Source: a virus. From it: DNA of 64,000 nucleotides. The DNA lies in the IMG/VR virus record IMGVR_UViG_3300042898_006838, positions 91,933-155,932 of that record, one strand, 5' to 3'. The notes under the pieces are model-generated. The model was given only the letters and a program-made list of their open reading frames with translations. It searched no databases and was not told where the DNA came from. Shown here piece after piece: positions 1 to 9,910 of the stretch. Position numbers and translations under genes: made by a program. The first letter of the stretch is position 1, and each line of letters opens with the position of its first letter.

Positions 1-52
1 CCAGTTCATATCTCACCTCCACGACTGTTATGCCCGTGGAGGCGAGCGATCT

Positions 53-517
53 TCACCAGCTGCCGCTGGCCTGGTGCCACTGCCGCATCTTGGCCATGAC
101 CATGGCCGTGGTCGAGGCCTGGCTCGTGGTCTTGACCAGCTTCTGGTCGTAGAAGATGGCGGTCATGGAGAAGAGCTTGAGAGCCGGCGGCAGGCCCGGG
201 TTCTCAATCTCCCACTGCCTGGGGTCGAAGTAGTCCAGGAACCGCATACCCGCGCTCTCGGTGAAGACGTCGATGAGCGCGTGCTGGAACACGATCTTGG
301 CCCGGTCGTAGTTGATCCCGGGCCTAACCTGGACCTTGACGATCAGCGTCTGCTCGCTGGGCTTGAACTCACTCTGGCCCTTGGTGACCTCGACCATGTA
401 CGGCTCACCGGCCTCGACGCCGGCGCGCGCCGAGACCAGGGCCGTGGGACGAACGCCGCCGCGGAGTGCTTGTCGCTTCTGTTCTTTGTCCATGACCAAA
501 GCTGACACAGAAGACAA
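53..517 (-). CDS. hypothetical phage protein
   Basis: 154-aa ORF tightly packed with its minus-strand neighbours. Confidence 0.6.
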   Translation of the reverse strand: MSSVSALVMDKEQKRQALRGGVRPTALVSARAGVEAGEPYMVEVTKGQSEFKPSEQTLIVKVQVRPGINYDRAKIVFQHALIDVFTESAGMRFLDYFDPRQWEIENPGLPPALKLFSMTAIFYDQKLVKTTSQASTTAMVMAKMRQWHQASGSW

Positions 518-519
518 CG

Positions 520-1008
520 TCAGCCAACTGCTTTCATCATCTCGTCAAGCACCGAGTACTCGTGACCACATGCCGGGCAGGTCAGGCTGTGACGGTCGGC
601 GCATTCCCGACACAACACGTCCTGGCAGCAGCTCTGCTCCACGTAGTCGTCGGTCAGGTCCCCGCAGTTGCTCAGCGTGCACTGACAGTGCGTGACCTCG
701 ATGTCGTCCCAGGTCAAGCCCACGATCTCCATGATCAGGTCGTCAGCTCCCTTGTGACACCTGATCTCGTCGTAGAGCCACTGCATGTGGTCGTCGAAGG
801 ACTCGTAGGCCCAGGCCTGCTTGTCGCTGCAGTCCTCTGGGGCATCGCTGAAGTCGCTGAAGTCCCAGCCATCGAACTCGGAGTAGTAGAGGTAGCACTC
901 GCGGTAGGCGACATCGGCCTGCGTCAGGGCCTCAGTCAGCGTCTTGACCTTGTCGTAGACCTTCAGGCCCTTGATCCTGACCCTCTTCTCCAGCGAACTC
1001 TGAAACAT
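520..1008 (-). CDS. hypothetical protein with Cys-rich (Zn-finger-like) C-terminus
   Basis: Start trimmed to MFQSS (RBS-like GAGGG upstream); CQC..C..CC..CxxC..CPAC cluster. Confidence 0.6.
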   Translation of the reverse strand: MFQSSLEKRVRIKGLKVYDKVKTLTEALTQADVAYRECYLYYSEFDGWDFSDFSDAPEDCSDKQAWAYESFDDHMQWLYDEIRCHKGADDLIMEIVGLTWDDIEVTHCQCTLSNCGDLTDDYVEQSCCQDVLCRECADRHSLTCPACGHEYSVLDEMMKAVG

Positions 1009-1510
1009 GTCCCTCACGCCCATCAGCCACCGCCTTTGCCATGTCCAGGGCCACGCTGTCGACATCGTCGTCGCACGTGATCCAGAGTTGAACGCCGAAG
1101 ACCTTGACGTGTTTCCAGGCCACGTGCCCACCTTCTTCGTCGACGACCACGAACAGGTCACCGACGACCAGGTAGTCGTCCGGCGGACCGCCGCTGACTT
1201 CATCCGCCACGTCGATACTGTCGTCGTAAGCGGCGCTGGCGATGGCGGACGAGATCTCGTTGCTCGCCTGCTCGTAGGCCAGGATACCGAGCCCGTCGCT
1301 GATCGACGGCGAGGTTGGGAAGTGGCCTTTGACGTAGACCTGTTCAGCTAGCCTCAGCAGTTCGCTGTCTTCTAGCTGGCTGCCGAGGTCGTAGCCGCTG
1401 AGCCAGTCGCCGACGTGGTCGCTGATGTCTCGCTCCCGGTAGCTGCCACTGGCGGCGACGTTGGAAAAGAAATCGTTTCCGCAGTCTTTGATTATTTCAT
1501 TGAGTGTCAT
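932..1510 (-). CDS. hypothetical acidic protein
   Basis: 192-aa ORF, GGAGG upstream, coupled to the upstream ORF. Confidence 0.55.
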   Translation of the reverse strand: MTLNEIIKDCGNDFFSNVAASGSYRERDISDHVGDWLSGYDLGSQLEDSELLRLAEQVYVKGHFPTSPSISDGLGILAYEQASNEISSAIASAAYDDSIDVADEVSGGPPDDYLVVGDLFVVVDEEGGHVAWKHVKVFGVQLWITCDDDVDSVALDMAKAVADGREGHVSEFAGEEGQDQGPEGLRQGQDAD

Positions 1511-1733
1511 TCACAGCCTCCTCCATCTCCTCAAGAACACTTGCTTCGTCAGGCGACTGCCATTCGCCGTCGGGGTCAATGAACCAGCGACAGCTTTCGC
1601 AGGAGCTGCCGGCCCAGGACTCAAGGTCCTGCAGCAGCACCGACTCGCTGTCACCGTCGCCACCGGCGCAGTCGGGACAGAAAAAGGCCCCGTCACAGAC
1701 GAGGCCAATCACTTCCCAGATCTTGCGGCCCAC
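1497..1733 (-). CDS. small CxxC protein
   Basis: CPDC and CESC motifs. Confidence 0.55.
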   Translation of the reverse strand: MGRKIWEVIGLVCDGAFFCPDCAGGDGDSESVLLQDLESWAGSSCESCRWFIDPDGEWQSPDEASVLEEMEEAVNDTQ

Positions 1734-1736
1734 GGC

Positions 1737-2081
1737 CTAGGTCTTGACCCTGGACTCCGGCGGCAGGATTGCTCGCCGAGCCAGGTCCTGTGGCAGGTCA
1801 CGGACGATGACGTCCAAGACCTTGTCCGGGTCCATGTCCGCGCTGATGCCGGCACGAGCCATGGTCCCGCGGTCGACGTGGCCGCCGTGGGTCAGCAGGT
1901 GGGCGATACGGGCCCTGAGCGCCGACGTCTCCAGGGCCTCGGCGGTGGCCAGCAGCGTCTCCTCCCAACGCCTCTGCTCCCTGTCGCTGGCGCAGATGCC
2001 GACGAATGCCGGGTGACGACTCCGCAGGTAGTCGCTGCCGGGGATGCGGTCTGTCTCTTTCGTTCCTGGCTTGATGCTCAT
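1737..2081 (-). CDS. hypothetical protein
   Basis: ATGA overlap with the upstream gene. Confidence 0.55.
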   Translation of the reverse strand: MSIKPGTKETDRIPGSDYLRSRHPAFVGICASDREQRRWEETLLATAEALETSALRARIAHLLTHGGHVDRGTMARAGISADMDPDKVLDVIVRDLPQDLARRAILPPESRVKT

Positions 2082-3418
2082 GACTTGCTCCTGTCGCTGG
2101 CCGTGCGGACTCGCCCGGCCACCTGACGTTGTGGTTTCTCTGGCTTCACTGGCTTCGGCCCGGGCTTCACGGCCGTCCGCTTCCTGGGCTTGAAGACGTC
2201 GAACTCTGTCTCGATCTCCTGCGAACGCGCCGGCTCCAGGGCCTTGTTCACGTCCTCGTGCTTGGCGAGCTTCTTCACTTCAGCGAGGTTCAGGCTCGTG
2301 AACTCGCTGAGCTTGTGACCCTCGACGACGCCGGTGTCGATGAGGCCTTTGATGATGCTCAGCGTCTTGTTCTTGTCGTAGCGCGTCATCTCGTGGGCGT
2401 TGAAACCGACCCCGGTCTCCTCGTCCAGGAGCACGACGCCGTGTTCCTGCGTGAAGGCACGCAGGGCCTTCTTCACACCCGCCACCCGCTCCTGGTTCAC
2501 GATCAACCAGGCCGCAGCCTCCCTGGCGCTGACCATGTCCGTGGGCGTGGTCATTGACGGCTCCAGCACCTTGTTGCCGGCGCTGCAGCTGGCCAGATAT
2601 CGGCAGTACTGGCACTTCCCGAAACCAGGCTCTGGCTGGATCTTGTCTTCGGTGATCATGGACTTGAAACGCGCCCGCATCTGCAGACGTGACCAGGCCA
2701 AGGCGATTTGCTCGCGGCTGAAGTCCACGATATCCGTGACCCCGTACTGGAAGTAGTAGATGCCGGCACGGAAGCGTGTGAACTGCGGGTACTTGTGCAT
2801 GGCCAGGGTCAGGTAGCCACACAGCTGCTCATCGGTCGACAGCTCGCTGTCGCTGAACATGGCCGGTCTGTTCTTGAAGTCGATGATCGTCAGCAGACCG
2901 TCACCGCTGTCCTCGGCGTAGTCGACGACGCCGCGCCATCCGTCTTCCGGACATGTGTCGAAGGGCACGACGTTTCCCGCGGCGTCGATGGCCAGCTTCA
3001 GCTCGTTGCCAATCATCCGGTCGCGGATGAAGGCATTTCGCTCCTCGACCGTGATGTCGCTTGTGATACGGAATCGGCGATAGAACGTGGCCATGCGCTC
3101 GTCGACGATGTCGACAGCCGAGATCATGTCACCGGCATCCTTCATCACCTCCTGGCTCACGGACAGCGAGCTCAGGTGACCGGAGACCTTGGCCTCGGCT
3201 GCCAGGGCCTGGGACGGAAGACCCAGGCCAGAGATAGCCCGCAGCTGCAGATCGGCTCCCGTGTGCAGTAGCGTGCCGAGACGTGTCCTGTCGATCTCCA
3301 GCAGCCTCTCCGGACGCGGCTCCGGTGGCAGCTTCAACACCTTCTCCTTGTACAGGGCCAGGGAGCAGGAACTGGCTCGGCTATAGGACCATGGTCCCTT
3401 GAGAACTGTCTTCGTCAT
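2078..3418 (-). CDS. PD-(D/E)xK (RecB/Cas4-like) exonuclease
   Basis: WSYS..C, GTLLH, GVVD, IIDFK, QLCGY, CQYC..C motifs; start trimmed to MTKTV. Confidence 0.85.
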   Translation of the reverse strand: MTKTVLKGPWSYSRASSCSLALYKEKVLKLPPEPRPERLLEIDRTRLGTLLHTGADLQLRAISGLGLPSQALAAEAKVSGHLSSLSVSQEVMKDAGDMISAVDIVDERMATFYRRFRITSDITVEERNAFIRDRMIGNELKLAIDAAGNVVPFDTCPEDGWRGVVDYAEDSGDGLLTIIDFKNRPAMFSDSELSTDEQLCGYLTLAMHKYPQFTRFRAGIYYFQYGVTDIVDFSREQIALAWSRLQMRARFKSMITEDKIQPEPGFGKCQYCRYLASCSAGNKVLEPSMTTPTDMVSAREAAAWLIVNQERVAGVKKALRAFTQEHGVVLLDEETGVGFNAHEMTRYDKNKTLSIIKGLIDTGVVEGHKLSEFTSLNLAEVKKLAKHEDVNKALEPARSQEIETEFDVFKPRKRTAVKPGPKPVKPEKPQRQVAGRVRTASDRSKS

Positions 3419-5142
3419 TTGATTGCCTCCTGAAACCAAGCGGGTAACTGCTTCTTGTTGGCGGATAGGAACCTGTTGAAACGACTGTCGAGAATGTAGG
3501 TACGGCAGCTGTCTTCGGCGCTGCGCATACCTCGTCCGTAGGTCTGAACCAGGGTCAGGCATGCACGCCAGTCGCTGAACCTGGGATCAATCTCCGAACG
3601 CGCCTTCACGCGCTTGCTCGGGTACTGGTAGGGCAGACGGATGATGATCTGGAAGCGGCACAGGTCGTCCTTGAAGTCGTAGCCCTCGGTGAGCCCGACT
3701 CCGACCAGCACCGCGTCCTTTGCATCGCCTCCGGACAGGAACTTGTTCACCACCGACACCCTGTCGTCCTTGCCGTGCCAGACGAACCTCTTCTTCTCCA
3801 GCACCGCCGACAAGGCCTCAGACATCTGGTAGCTAGTGCAGTGCACCACGCCCCTGACGCCCCTGTTCTCGTCGACGATCTCTGAGATGGCTTTCGACAA
3901 GGCCTCGAAGTTCCCCTCGTAGCCCTTGAAGCCCATGTCCCCGACGTACCTGCGGATCAAGGGCCTCCTGTCAGCCGGGAACGTGCTGGGTACCGACAGG
4001 TGCCTGGTGTTCTCGGTGCTGAGGTTGACGCTGCGGCTGAAGGCCTTGTCTCCGTCCAGGAACGTGGCGGAAAGAAGCAGGCGCTTGTGCCCCCACTTCA
4101 ACAACGCCTCCTTGACGAAGCGTCCGGCCTTCACCGGCTCCAGCCTGACGCTGTCGCTGCCGATCTCAGCCACCCAGGGCATAGGCGACTTACCGTTGTT
4201 GCTGGCGACGTAGCGGCCGATGCGCTGCTTGATGTCCGTCGCCTTCTTGACCATGTCCGCCAGGTGCTTGAGGTTCGCGCCGGCACCGGGCCTGTGGCTG
4301 GCCTGGTAGCTGACACGCTCGTTGGACAGGTCCTGGCTGAGTTTTACCAGCCTGTCGTCAAGGCTCTTGCTCACGACCTGGACCCAGGCTGACACCACCC
4401 TCGCGTCGTCACTGGCCGGCGTGGTCCATGGCAGGCCCAGAAACCTGAATGCCGGTGACATCAAGTCCACGGACGCAAAGGACACGATCTTGTCCTCGAT
4501 GTTGTGAGCCTCATCGAGAGTGATCAGGGCCCGTGGAGACGGGAAGGCGCCGCCGAGCGTGCACTGGCTGAGGAAGCTGTCGAAGTTATGCAAGGCAATC
4601 GGCGTCCAGCGAGCCGTGTCCTTGGCGTCTTGGTACGAGCACTTGCCGGCTCCGCAGCCGGCGCTGCCGTAGAAGAGGTCGGCGTCGTGGCAGCTGAAGT
4701 CATGCAATCCTCCGGAAGACGACCCCATCAGCGACAACGTGTCTCTCGGATCCTTGCTGCACGGATAGTTGCCCTTGCCTTTGATCAGCGACACGAGGCC
4801 GCGGGTCTTGAGGTAGGCGTCCTGCAGTAGCTTCATGCTGGTGATGACGTGAGCCTGGCCCGGGGCCATGATCGCGTAGGCCTCGTCAACCGCGTTCTTT
4901 GGCAGGAATCGAGCTCGGTGCAGGAGTGCGGGAAAGCCGTGGGTCATGTACAGAGCCACGGTCTTGGCGATGTCAGTCTTGCCGCTGCCCGTGGGCGCCT
5001 CGATGACCACGGTGTCGGTGTCCGAGTCCACCAGGGCCTGAAGCGCGTCACGGATGACTTCAAACTGATGCCGTCTGTAGCTCGGCCCGCCACCGGCGGT
5101 ACGGTGTGGGAAAAGCTCATGAATCAAGTTCTCGTCAATCAC
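3415..5142 (-). CDS. DinG/XPD-family SF2 helicase
   Basis: EAPTGSGKT, DEAH, LSAT, EGYDF, QTYGRGMRSAED. Confidence 0.9.
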   Translation of the reverse strand: MIDENLIHELFPHRTAGGGPSYRRHQFEVIRDALQALVDSDTDTVVIEAPTGSGKTDIAKTVALYMTHGFPALLHRARFLPKNAVDEAYAIMAPGQAHVITSMKLLQDAYLKTRGLVSLIKGKGNYPCSKDPRDTLSLMGSSSGGLHDFSCHDADLFYGSAGCGAGKCSYQDAKDTARWTPIALHNFDSFLSQCTLGGAFPSPRALITLDEAHNIEDKIVSFASVDLMSPAFRFLGLPWTTPASDDARVVSAWVQVVSKSLDDRLVKLSQDLSNERVSYQASHRPGAGANLKHLADMVKKATDIKQRIGRYVASNNGKSPMPWVAEIGSDSVRLEPVKAGRFVKEALLKWGHKRLLLSATFLDGDKAFSRSVNLSTENTRHLSVPSTFPADRRPLIRRYVGDMGFKGYEGNFEALSKAISEIVDENRGVRGVVHCTSYQMSEALSAVLEKKRFVWHGKDDRVSVVNKFLSGGDAKDAVLVGVGLTEGYDFKDDLCRFQIIIRLPYQYPSKRVKARSEIDPRFSDWRACLTLVQTYGRGMRSAEDSCRTYILDSRFNRFLSANKKQLPAWFQEAIK

Positions 5143-5176
5143 GTGGCGCGCTCCAGGTCATGTTGTTGTCAGCCCT

Positions 5177-6007
5177 TCAGAAGGGCAAATCGTCGTCTGC
5201 ACCGTAGGCCGCGGCATCCGGGCCCTTGGGCTCGGCGGCCGCGCTGTTGCGTCCGCCGGTGGTCACGAACTGAACTCCGAATGGCCTGGCCGTGATGGTC
5301 AAGCGCTTCGGCGCCTTGCCCTTGACCAGGAAATCCGCCTCGCGAACACCGAGTTCGCCGTTGACGTAGACCTGATCGAAGTGCTTCAGGTTCGCACCCA
5401 GGAACTCTGCCTGCGGTCCGAATACTCCGACATCGAACCAGATCGGATCTCCATCCTTCTTCCGTGGATCGTTGTAGGCCAGGGTCAGGAAGCAGTTCTT
5501 CCTGTCCGTGCCGCCCACCCTTGGTCCAGTCTGACCTTCGTCACGCTTCTTCTTGCTGACGATGAAACGACCGAGGACCATGATCTCGTTACGGCACATG
5601 CCGTCGTCAGGTGGGTTATCGATGTCGTCAAGAGTAGCCGACACCAGACCAACTCCGTCGCCATCAACCTGCAGTCGGTTCAGCTTCTTCTTGTCACCCT
5701 GGTCATCGGTGACTTCGCGGTTGACGACGAAGGCGTTGGCTCGGAAGTAGTCTCCGGCCTTGGCCTTGGCTGCCAGGCTCTGGCTGTCACCAAAGCAGTC
5801 GACGGTCACCGGCACCCACTGCATCTTCCCATCCTTCTTGTAGGACGGGATCAGCAACGGGACCATGGTGTACTTGCCGGCTGCGCTCTTCGGCGTGTCG
5901 CGGACCCGACCGATGATGAACGCGCGGTTCTCGTTGAGGCTGATCGCGCTCTTCTTTTCCCCGCCGCCGCCGCCGCCGCCGTCACTGCCAGTGTTGTCTT
6001 CAGTCAT
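5177..6007 (-). CDS. ssb: single-stranded DNA-binding protein, probably two OB folds
   Basis: Two SSB-like repeats (NRAFIIGRV..W..V.CFG; NEIMVLGRF..WFDVGVFG) and acidic DDDLPF tail. Confidence 0.75.
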   Translation of the reverse strand: MTEDNTGSDGGGGGGGEKKSAISLNENRAFIIGRVRDTPKSAAGKYTMVPLLIPSYKKDGKMQWVPVTVDCFGDSQSLAAKAKAGDYFRANAFVVNREVTDDQGDKKKLNRLQVDGDGVGLVSATLDDIDNPPDDGMCRNEIMVLGRFIVSKKKRDEGQTGPRVGGTDRKNCFLTLAYNDPRKKDGDPIWFDVGVFGPQAEFLGANLKHFDQVYVNGELGVREADFLVKGKAPKRLTITARPFGVQFVTTGGRNSAAAEPKGPDAAAYGADDDLPF

Positions 6008-6032
6008 GTTCAAGCTCCCTTCGTTGTTGGAA

Positions 6033-7187
6033 TCAGAAGTCCAGGTCATCGGCGTCGATGAGGTCGTCCCCAGCGTCGCCCGGGCCCCAGTTCTTGCCCG
6101 TTGTCGCCGGCGCAGTGCCACCGGCTTCCGTCCTCAGCTCTGTGAGCATGGCTCCGAGGTCTCCCTCGTGCTTATTCTCCAAGAGCCTCATGCGCGCGGA
6201 CGTGTAACCGAGCTTGCTGGCCAGTGCCGCAACCTCGCTCTGCACGGCCGTGGCGTCGACTTCGACTGACTCTTCAGCCGCCGCCGCCGCCATGTCGTCA
6301 CTGACGTCATCGTCACCGTCGACAGCCATGTCGTCACCCATGGCCATGGGAGTGAAGACCGTGCGGCCGACAGGGGCCTTTACGTCATGCCCAGCCAAGG
6401 CCTCTGACAGCGTCCGACGCATCGTCATCTCCTCGATGGCCAGGCGCTTCAGCTCGCTCAGCGGCCCGTCGAAGTCGAAGGTCATGACCGGAATGCGCCG
6501 GTTCTGACCGTCTGCCTGACGGATGTCGATGAGATGCTGCCTGAACATCAACGGGATGCCGGACAGCACGCCGCCGGTTACGCGTGAGATAGCGTTAAGG
6601 CTGCTGACCATGGACATGATCGAGTAGTAACTGCGCGTGCGGTGCACGCTTCTACTCGGAAACACGGGCCGGTGGATCAGCTGCATGTTCACGATAGCTC
6701 GCCAACCGCAGTCGCTCTTCTCCCCGTTCTTCGCCCACATCGGACACTCGCGATTGCAGTCCACGTCCTGGGGCTGTGGATGCATCTTCAGCGTCTTGTT
6801 CTTGGCGTAGGCCTTGACGTCAGCGACCTGGCTGGCTTTCTGAGATCCGTAGGCGCTGCTGCACATACGTCCGCGTCCGGTGTAGAAAGCCCGCTCCAAG
6901 TAGATGATGCCGTCGTCGCCCTGGACCTTGTCGGTGGTCACGAACACGGGGATGGCTTTGACGTCACTGGTCCAGTTGGCCTCGTTGAGACCCTGGTGCC
7001 TGGCAGCCGCCTTCATCACCTGCTCGTCGACGTCGAACTTCTTCGTTGCCGGGTTGCGTGTGGGAAGGCGAACGCGAGGCGGGGTCTTGATGGGTGCGCT
7101 GCCCCCCATCTCACCGCCTCTGATGCCTCGGAATTCGATCAGGTAGTGCGGGTCGTCGAACCCGCTTTCAACTTCTTTCGTTGGCAC
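6033..7187 (-). CDS. putative recombination/annealing protein (Gp3-like/RDF-like)
   Basis: C..ECP..C cluster, acidic DDLDF tail, next to ssb; family assignment by recollection only. Confidence 0.45.
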   Translation of the reverse strand: MPTKEVESGFDDPHYLIEFRGIRGGEMGGSAPIKTPPRVRLPTRNPATKKFDVDEQVMKAAARHQGLNEANWTSDVKAIPVFVTTDKVQGDDGIIYLERAFYTGRGRMCSSAYGSQKASQVADVKAYAKNKTLKMHPQPQDVDCNRECPMWAKNGEKSDCGWRAIVNMQLIHRPVFPSRSVHRTRSYYSIMSMVSSLNAISRVTGGVLSGIPLMFRQHLIDIRQADGQNRRIPVMTFDFDGPLSELKRLAIEEMTMRRTLSEALAGHDVKAPVGRTVFTPMAMGDDMAVDGDDDVSDDMAAAAAEESVEVDATAVQSEVAALASKLGYTSARMRLLENKHEGDLGAMLTELRTEAGGTAPATTGKNWGPGDAGDDLIDADDLDF

Positions 7188-7195
7188 TGGTCACC

Positions 7196-7684
7196 TCACA
7201 TTTCGTCGAAGAGATCGTTGTCGCTGACTTGAGGAGGAGCAGCGTCTCGGTCCGGTTCGTCTGCCGCCTCCGTCTTCTCCGTTTCCTTGGCCTTGGTCTT
7301 GGTCTTGGTCTTTGGCTCCGGCTTCGGCTCTTCCTTCTCCTCCTCTTCCTCCTCCTTCTCATCATCACCAGACGCCGTCGCCGTCGCCGCTGCCGTGTCG
7401 CTGGCTTTGGTCTCGGTCGTCTTCGAGCCGCGGGCTTTGGGCGGCTCGACCTTCTCCAGGTAGCCGCTGACGGCCAGGGCGCAGTCCGGGCACAGCCACT
7501 CGAAGAAGACGCGCTTGTGCTCGCCACCGGGCACGGCGACGACGGCCGCACACATCGCTTCCGTCTTGTCGGCACGGGCCGCGAACTTCTCGTAGAACGA
7601 GATCTGCGCCTCATCCGTCACCGGCCGATGCTTCTTGCACCGGTCGCAGTTGATGTTGACGCCAGTCTTGATCAATCCACCCAT
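7196..7684 (-). CDS. Zn-finger protein with acidic low-complexity tail
   Basis: CDRC and CPDC; E/K-rich tail ending DLFDEM. Confidence 0.6.
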   Translation of the reverse strand: MGGLIKTGVNINCDRCKKHRPVTDEAQISFYEKFAARADKTEAMCAAVVAVPGGEHKRVFFEWLCPDCALAVSGYLEKVEPPKARGSKTTETKASDTAAATATASGDDEKEEEEEEKEEPKPEPKTKTKTKAKETEKTEAADEPDRDAAPPQVSDNDLFDEM

Positions 7685-7692
7685 ACGTCCTC

Positions 7693-7917
7693 CTAACCGT
7701 CGTCAACGACGACGTCTTCGTCCCTGGAGATCAGGGACTTGATTTTATCCAAGACCCTGACGACGTCAGGGCCTGTGATCTGAACTCCGAACCTGACCTG
7801 GAACCGGCGGCCTATCTCAGTGACCATCGCCGCCTCGGTATCGAAGGCCGTGGCTCCGGTCATGGCCAGCAGCGCCAGGACAACTGCTTCTCGCTCACTC
7901 AGGTCGAGTCTCTTCAC
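7693..7917 (-). CDS. hypothetical protein
   Basis: ORF in operon context. Confidence 0.5.
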   Translation of the reverse strand: MKRLDLSEREAVVLALLAMTGATAFDTEAAMVTEIGRRFQVRFGVQITGPDVVRVLDKIKSLISRDEDVVVDDG

Positions 7918-8086
7918 AACTGGTTATCACGCATCTTGAGAACCAATTTCTTCAGCGACTTCATCTTCAACTTCCTCTTCAATGACCACGGCGAAGGGGT
8001 CGTTGAGTGGCTTGATGTTTGGATCGAATGGATCGGCATCCCGCTTCTTCTCGCCAACAGCCGGTCCGAAAGGGTTGTGGTCGTCA

Positions 8087-8341
8087 TCACGTTCGACGGA
8101 CATATTCGCTCCGTCGCTGGAAGACCTCATCGTTCTGCAGCCTGATCAGGCACACCGTCGACAGGTCGACGGCGTTGTTGCTGCCGTCGCTGTCCACGAG
8201 TGTGATCGTGGACGTTCCGCCTTCCCAGGCGTCGATGATTTCCTTCGACTCGTGGCTGACGACGTTGCGAACCCATACGGCCTTGTCTCGGCCGATGAAT
8301 GAGAACTCAACATGTACTGGCTCCTTGCTACTCATAGACAC
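8087..8341 (-). CDS. hypothetical protein
   Basis: ORF in operon context, GAGGTG near the start. Confidence 0.5.
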   Translation of the reverse strand: MSMSSKEPVHVEFSFIGRDKAVWVRNVVSHESKEIIDAWEGGTSTITLVDSDGSNNAVDLSTVCLIRLQNDEVFQRRSEYVRRT

Positions 8342-8348
8342 CTCGCTT

Positions 8349-9551
8349 TCAACGTACGCCGCGTGGCATGACCACGACGGCTACTGAGTTTTTTTCGTCG
8401 TGAATCTGCATAGGCATCCCCTGCATGCCGTCGACGGGTTCAGCCCACATGACCTTGACCGTGTCGGCGGTGAGAGCCGACAAGGCCTTGGTCAGGTACA
8501 GGGAGAAGAAGGCCACTCCGTTGAGGAACTGGAGACCGGAGACGTCAGACTTCGTGACCGACCCCGGCTGCCAGTTCAGGACCTGCTCGACATGAATCCC
8601 GTGCCCGGCAATGTCGCTGGGGTAGTGGCTGACGAGGTTCATCTCGTCGTCGTCTGGATCCACCATCACGCGCACCGCCGCTCCCAGCTTCTTCTCGTCG
8701 GCGCTCACCGAGCCGCCGAGAATGCGCCTGCAGATCTCCAGCATCTCCTGCCTCTGCACGTAGACCCAGTGGACCCTTGTCTTCTTCTGCCCGGCGAACA
8801 GGAACTGGCCACTGGCGTCCGGCGCGTAGACGAAGGGCTTCAGGCCCGTGTACTTGCTAGCCGTCAGCCTCACCCACACGCACCAGTCACTGCCTCGGAG
8901 CCAAAGCGATCCGGGGTCGGCAGACATCTTCAGGTTCTTGTCGCCACCGCCGATAAAGGCCCTGAGCTTGACCCAGGCCTGTGCCGGAACGATGACGTCT
9001 GACCCAGGTGGCACGATGGCCTTGCCGATGCGGGCCATGACCTTGGTGTCCGTGGCCTCGGATCCGTCTTCGCCCAGGTGGATGCTTGACCACTGGGGCA
9101 TGTACGGGTCATCGCTGGCCGCCCAGAGCACGGACTTGACCACGCGCTGCATCTCCGCGTCGTCCACCGGCCACCAGGACTGCGGCTGCTGGAGGCTGGT
9201 GAAGTTGTCACCGGCCACCAGCGGCAACGTCATGTGCACGCCCGGTCCGCGAAAGGACAGTAGGCGGTCAGACGACGCGACGTTGAGGTCGATGTGATGC
9301 GGCAGCACCGACACCAGCTTGTCCAGGTGGTCGACGCCAACGGATACGACACCTGGCTCGTGTCCGGTGACGGGAACCGCCATCCTCGCCCCGCCGTCGG
9401 GTGACGAGATATCCAGCGTCATCAACCCCTTTTCCATGACCCTGAAGACTGCGTTCTTGTGAGCTGGTAGCAGGTCGCCGCTGCGAGCTCTGAACTGCAG
9501 AGCCCGCCTGCCGGCGTCGACCAGCTTGTCTGCCGGTATCTTTGCCTTCAT
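8349..9551 (-). CDS. dnaN: DNA polymerase III beta sliding clamp-like protein
   Basis: About 400 aa, EATDTKVMAR (ATDxxRLA-like), YLTKAL, C-terminal VVMPR. Confidence 0.75.
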   Translation of the reverse strand: MKAKIPADKLVDAGRRALQFRARSGDLLPAHKNAVFRVMEKGLMTLDISSPDGGARMAVPVTGHEPGVVSVGVDHLDKLVSVLPHHIDLNVASSDRLLSFRGPGVHMTLPLVAGDNFTSLQQPQSWWPVDDAEMQRVVKSVLWAASDDPYMPQWSSIHLGEDGSEATDTKVMARIGKAIVPPGSDVIVPAQAWVKLRAFIGGGDKNLKMSADPGSLWLRGSDWCVWVRLTASKYTGLKPFVYAPDASGQFLFAGQKKTRVHWVYVQRQEMLEICRRILGGSVSADEKKLGAAVRVMVDPDDDEMNLVSHYPSDIAGHGIHVEQVLNWQPGSVTKSDVSGLQFLNGVAFFSLYLTKALSALTADTVKVMWAEPVDGMQGMPMQIHDEKNSVAVVVMPRGVR

Positions 9552-9602
9552 TGTCTCTCCCGATATGAGCTAATCGTCTTGCTCAACTTTGAGTGAATGT
9601 CA

Positions 9603-9771
9603 ACGTGTTCCTAGCTGACCTTCTTTTGACTTCCTCTCCGACAACCGATCGTTTGATCGTGCGAGGGGCCGCGCGCTCAGAGCGCGCGGCACCCCTACAC
9701 ACACGGCGTCGTCGGAGAAGAAGACTCCAAACCTGCGCCGGCGAGTCGCCGGCCGTGACATTCGAACACGT
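9603..9771 (-). ncRNA. retron-like msr-msd unit (array 1, unit 3 in transcription order)
   Basis: Arms acgtgttc 9603-9610 / gaacacgt 9764-9771; G:G inside the arms on the minus strand (9763, 9611); conserved hairpin gccggcg-agt-cgccggc 9737-9753; long hairpin with core 9668-9690. Confidence 0.75.
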
Positions 9772-9775
9772 GCTT

Positions 9776-9910
9776 TCTCATCCTGATCCCGCCGGTGTCG
9801 TTGTGGCTGTCCCAGGGAGCTTGCTCCCTGGGGCGAGGCCGCTGATAGGCGTCACCTGCGTTCTTGAATCCGTCATCGGCGGCGAGTCGCCGCCGTCTCT
9901 GTCGATGAGA
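9776..9910 (-). ncRNA. retron-like msr-msd unit (array 1, unit 2)
   Basis: Arms tctcatc 9776-9782 / gatgaga 9904-9910; G:G at 9903/9783; conserved hairpin 9877-9895; payload hairpin cccagggagc-tt-gctccctggg 9811-9832. Confidence 0.75.

Noticed and set aside
2078-3418. Cas4 as evidence of CRISPR-Cas
   Set aside because: Stand-alone Cas4-like exonucleases are common in phage replication modules; it sits with a helicase and SSB.
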